This document shows, in pieces, positions 8,190 to 11,725 of a stretch of 11,725 nt of DNA (position 1 is the stretch's first letter; every line of letters begins with the position of its first letter). Source of the stretch: Calditrichaceae bacterium (lineage in GTDB: Bacteria > Calditrichota > Calditrichia > Calditrichales > JBFXGD01). A program made the position numbers and the translations under genes. The notes under the pieces are model-generated. The model saw only the letters and a list, made by a program, of their open reading frames with translations, did not search any database and was not told the origin of the DNA. The stretch is from contig JBFXGD010000110.1 of NCBI GenBank assembly GCA_050178385.1, positions 1 through 11,725 of the forward strand, in the 5' to 3' direction.

Positions 8190-9470
8190 ATGAAACTCAA
8201 ATATATTATCACCTGGGCGGCGCTTTCAATCCTTGCTTTACCGGCTTTCGCGCAGGATTCTGCCCCAAAGAAGATTTCTTCCATTATGATCATCGGGAAC
8301 GATCATACCAATGAAGACATCATCAAACGAGAACTTAGATTTGGAGTCGGCGACACTCTGAACGACTCTCTGCTCAACGTCTCAAAAAACCGGCTTTTAA
8401 ATCTATGGATTTTTAATCGCGTCGAAATGTACAAGATACCCGATCAGGATGAAATCTCGCTGCTGATCAATGTCACCGAACGTTTTTCGCTTTTTCCGTA
8501 TCCGGAATTTCGTGTTGAAGACCGGGACTGGAGCAAACTGACGCTGGGATTCGGCTTCGCCCACATGAATTTCCGCGGCCGTAATGAGAAACTGTACGGT
8601 TCTCTGCTATTTGGATTCCGGCCGGGATTTAAAATCGGATACTTTAATCCCTGGGCAGCGGGTGACCTGCATCTTACCACCGGTCTTTATATCAAGAAAT
8701 TTACCACTGAACACAGAACCCTGCCGCTTGACGAAGACCATGTGACTATCGGGTTCGCGCTTGGGAAATACTGGACGCTTCATTTCTACAACATGATCAA
8801 TTTTACCTATGACCAGGTGTCGGTTCTAAAAGAATACGCCCCTCAGATGCTGACCGGGAATGACACCGAAACCCTGAACAGCCTGCGCCTTTCGACCGTC
8901 CTGGATACGCGTGATTTGTATGATTATCCGTCAAAAGGCTGGTATAACCGTTTTGTCATCAGCAAGAACGGATTGTTTGAGCCGGACATCGATTACTGGC
9001 AGTACATCACCGATTTGAGGCATTACAGGACATTTTCTCCGCTGACCTTTGCCGCCCGTTTTTACACGCTTCAGAGTATCGGTACCCTGCCCTTGTATCA
9101 GAAAGTTTATATCGGTTTTGACGAACGGGTGCGCGGACATTTTTTTGATATTTACGAAGGCAGGCACTCCATGCTCGGCAGTTTCGAAATACGGTTCCCG
9201 ATCAAAAAATTAAAATACTATAATTTCGCGAGCGGAATCATGCCGAATTACGGTACGTCCAATTTAAAATTTGGCATCAACGGCGGACTGTTTATCGACA
9301 CCGGCACCGTCTGGACCGACCGGGACGGCTTGTCCACCCAACATCTTGTCACCGGATTCGGCGCGGGTCTGCATTTCCGTCTTCCCTACATCCAGGTACT
9401 CCGCATCGATGCCGCCTTTGACGAGGATCTGAATTCCGAGATGATCATCGAGCTGGGCATCAATTTCTGA
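8190..9470 (+). CDS. Omp85 (BamA/TamA-superfamily) outer-membrane protein with a single POTRA domain
   Basis: 426 aa with a Sec signal ending AFA|QD. One POTRA (ISSIMIIGNDHTNEDIIKREL...LWIFNRV...INVTER). Barrel motifs NFRGRNEKL, DTRD...PSKG, VRGH, FIDTG, GFGAGLHF and LRIDAAF, and a C-terminal Phe (LGINF). Confidence 0.92.
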   Translation: MKLKYIITWAALSILALPAFAQDSAPKKISSIMIIGNDHTNEDIIKRELRFGVGDTLNDSLLNVSKNRLLNLWIFNRVEMYKIPDQDEISLLINVTERFSLFPYPEFRVEDRDWSKLTLGFGFAHMNFRGRNEKLYGSLLFGFRPGFKIGYFNPWAAGDLHLTTGLYIKKFTTEHRTLPLDEDHVTIGFALGKYWTLHFYNMINFTYDQVSVLKEYAPQMLTGNDTETLNSLRLSTVLDTRDLYDYPSKGWYNRFVISKNGLFEPDIDYWQYITDLRHYRTFSPLTFAARFYTLQSIGTLPLYQKVYIGFDERVRGHFFDIYEGRHSMLGSFEIRFPIKKLKYYNFASGIMPNYGTSNLKFGINGGLFIDTGTVWTDRDGLSTQHLVTGFGAGLHFRLPYIQVLRIDAAFDEDLNSEMIIELGINF

Positions 9471-9476
9471 TGGATT

Positions 9477-10028
9477 GCCTGAACTATGACCTGCCCGCCT
9501 TTGGTGGGTGGAAATGAATACATTGTCTGAACTTTGATTAGAATGATTCAATGATTTCATGATTAAGAATCTTACTTCAGAATCTTTCATTCAATCACAA
9601 TTATCATTGCCCAAACAATCTCAAAATAAAGAACTCTTCCATCAGAGTCTATCACATAATCACACGATTCAGAGTTCAGGCCTTTTTTGTCTGAACTGTG
9701 ATTAGAATGATTAAATGATTTCATGATTAAGAATCTTACTTCAGAATCTTTCATTCAATCACAATTATCATTGCCCGGACAATCACAGAATGAAGAACTC
9801 TTCCATCAGAGTCTATCCTGTAATCACACGATTCAGAGTTCAGGCCTTTTTTGTCTGAACTGTGATTAGAATGATTAAATGATTTCATGATTAAGAATCT
9901 TACTTCAGAATCGTTCGTATAGTCACAATTATCATAGTCCGAACAATCATAAAATGAAGAACTCTTCAATCAGAGTCTATCACATAATCACGCAAACCCG
10001 CCAGAGGCGGGCACGTCAGAGTTCAAAC
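9477..10028. repeat. Composite non-coding repeat: three tandem 164-bp units plus a truncated left arm, bounded by 30-bp inverted repeats (REP/BIME- or MITE-like)
   Basis: TTGTCTGAAC starts at 9523, 9687 and 9851 (period 164). Units 1 and 2 differ at 10 of 164 positions by manual count. Unit 3 has a 19-bp insertion. Segment 9480-9509 and the reverse complement of 9996-10025 match at 26 of 30 positions. Confidence 0.95.
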
Positions 10029-10030
10029 TG

Positions 10031-11113
10031 TTACCTGTAAACCGCGATATAATGTCCGCTGTTTAACTGAAACTCCAGAAATCCCGCCGCGTATAAATTT
10101 CCGTTCGAATATACGAGCTTGTTGACACCACTATAAGCGTTTAAGCCAAGATCGGTCCAGTTGTTTCCATCCCATTTGGCCACGTAGAATTTATTCTCGC
10201 TATTGTAGAATTTTCCACCCGCGTATAGATTGCCATCGGGATCCGCGCAGAGTGATTTAACCTTATCGTTGGCGTTTAATCCCATATCAACCCAGCTGCC
10301 ATTGCTCCATTTGACCACGAATCCGCTGGTAAAGTCAAACCCACCGCCCGCGTAAAGATTACCGTTCGCGTCCGCGCAGAGCGTGTATACTTTTTCATAG
10401 TCGTCTAAATTGCTCATCTTATCCCAGTCGCTGCCATTCCATTTAACGACATATCCTCCATTGGGAGCTGCAGAACCTGATCCTCCGCCCGCATATATAT
10501 TGCCGGTTCCGTCGATGCATAACGCGATGATGTCAGTATATTGAAAACTGCCCATCTTCTGCCAGCTGGCACTGTCCCATTTAATGACATTGGCATTACC
10601 GGCAAGTGTGCCATCAAAATTAAATCCGTATCCCGCCGCATAAATATTGCCGGCCGAGTCTGAGGCAAGATCATATATATCGCCGCTATATGTCGAGCTG
10701 CCAATGTTGACCCAACTGCTGCCGTTCCATTTTGCCACATAGGTGTTTCCGCTGTTATCGGTAAACGCGCCGCCGATGTAAAGATTACCGTTTGTGTCGC
10801 CGCAAATAGCGAAAATATTGCCGTTGAGATCCAAAGTGCCCACTTCAGACCATTTACTGCCGTCCCATTTGGCCACATAGCGTTTTCCGCTGCTGTTGGT
10901 AAAGGCGCCTGCCGCGAATAAGTGGCCACTATTGTCCACGTAAAGATCATACACGCTATTGACATCCAGATTTCCTAAAGCAGACCAACCCGTCGTGCCA
11001 TTTGTATTGCCGTCATCTGCGTTTGTACCACCGTCATCACTGCTGCAGCCCATGGTGAACAACATCATCATTCCCGTGAGAATGAACGGATACATCCAAT
11101 TTTTGATTTTCAT
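10031..11113 (-). CDS. Lipoprotein with a 7-bladed beta-propeller of Trp/Gly-rich repeats
   Basis: 360 aa. The signal peptide ends in the lipobox FTMG|C, followed by an acidic tether SSDDGGTNADD. Seven roughly 45-aa repeats of the form W..G....V..L..D..GNLYAGG.F......YVAKW.G..W. Confidence 0.9.
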   Translation of the reverse strand: MKIKNWMYPFILTGMMMLFTMGCSSDDGGTNADDGNTNGTTGWSALGNLDVNSVYDLYVDNSGHLFAAGAFTNSSGKRYVAKWDGSKWSEVGTLDLNGNIFAICGDTNGNLYIGGAFTDNSGNTYVAKWNGSSWVNIGSSTYSGDIYDLASDSAGNIYAAGYGFNFDGTLAGNANVIKWDSASWQKMGSFQYTDIIALCIDGTGNIYAGGGSGSAAPNGGYVVKWNGSDWDKMSNLDDYEKVYTLCADANGNLYAGGGFDFTSGFVVKWSNGSWVDMGLNANDKVKSLCADPDGNLYAGGKFYNSENKFYVAKWDGNNWTDLGLNAYSGVNKLVYSNGNLYAAGFLEFQLNSGHYIAVYR

Positions 11114-11147
11114 GTTCTTTTCACTTTCATTGAGATTAATACCTGTT

Positions 11148-11372
11148 TTATTTTTGATTACTGTTATCTAAATAGACAAGGAGAGGCGATTTCCTCGACC
11201 GGTACTGAGAAAAACCCGCCCAAAAGAAAGGCGCGAATTTAGCAAAACTCACCGATACATGCTTTGTTTTGAAGGGATATCCTTTGCGTGTGACGGGAAT
11301 GACGCAATCTAAAATCGGTTCACTCGTAATGAAAGGATTAACAAGGCCGGTAAAAGTCATATTTCCATCCAT
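11148..11372 (-). CDS. Candidate small hypothetical protein (74 aa)
   Basis: AGGAG at 11378-11382, 5 nt before the ATG. Same strand as the lipoprotein and ends 34 nt upstream of it. No recognisable motif. Confidence 0.3.
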   Translation of the reverse strand: MDGNMTFTGLVNPFITSEPILDCVIPVTRKGYPFKTKHVSVSFAKFAPFFWAGFSQYRSRKSPLLVYLDNSNQK

Positions 11373-11607
11373 GGTGACTCCTGACTCTCACATTACTTCA
11401 AATAACTTTATCAATCAGTATTCAGAATCATGCGCTCAGTCTATACTTACAAATACTATAATCGTCCAAATTAAATATGGGATTAGGAAAAATAGCGATG
11501 TAAATATAGGACAAGCGATTATCTTTACCAATACTTTTTTTCATTCTTTTTATGTGCTCTGAGATGCTATAAATAAAGAATAAACCATCCTTTTGTGATT
11601 AATTTCC

Positions 11608-11725
11608 GGTCAAATTCATTCCCGGGTGGTAGAAATGATTCCAGACCGGTCATATATCATTCCTTCGCGGTCAGTTATCGTTCCTTCATGGTCATTTGTC
11701 GTTCTTTCATGGTCATATATGATTC
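11608..11725. repeat. Degenerate 20-21-bp tandem repeat, at least 6 units, running off the right edge
   Basis: Units starting GGTCA/GGTAG at 11608, 11628, 11648, 11669, 11690 and 11711. Approximate consensus GGTCATNTATCRTTCCTTCAT. Confidence 0.88.

Noticed and set aside
9264..9969. Minus-strand ORFs 9264-9590 and 9751-9969 (NHSNHSSD-type peptides)
   Set aside because: They are translations of the repeat arms. The 164-bp period is not a multiple of 3, so no frame is maintained, and one ORF is antisense to the Omp85 gene.
9523..10028. CRISPR array interpretation of the 164-bp repeats
   Set aside because: Whole units are conserved with no unique spacers, the period is far longer than a repeat plus spacer, and no cas genes are in the window.
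11170..11300. c-di-GMP-I riboswitch suggested by ACGCAAAG on the minus strand
   Set aside because: The upstream GGCAAA and GAAA-capped P2 stem are absent.
11269..11562. 97-aa plus-strand ORF, and the ORFs 10959-11171 and 10414-10965
   Set aside because: No RBS or motif. They overlap better-supported features or run through AT-rich intergenic DNA.

Overview
Chromosomal window from a diderm bacterium: DnaK carries the Gram-negative insertion, and an Omp85 barrel and an acidic-tagged lipoprotein are present. An FCB-related lineage is plausible but not provable here. Left (minus strand): a proteostasis cluster of a YugP-family membrane zinc metallopeptidase, an HtrA/DegP protease, an intrinsic terminator and dnaK (3' end outside the window). 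There is no CIRCE box. Instead both transcription units carry a sigma54-like GG-N10-GT promoter with the same upstream GTCA-N3-TGAC palindrome. Centre (plus strand, divergent, sigma70-type promoter): a translationally coupled NYN/YacP-like ribonuclease, an orphan sensor histidine kinase and a PHP (CehA/McbA-like) metallohydrolase, then a single-POTRA Omp85 protein. The gap between convergent stop codons (9471-10030) is filled by a nested non-coding repeat: three 164-bp tandem units with inverted arms, all bounded by 30-bp inverted repeats that carry the same 19-bp GC hairpin. Right (minus strand): a 7-bladed beta-propeller lipoprotein, a candidate small ORF with a good RBS, and a degenerate 20-21-bp tandem array running off the edge.
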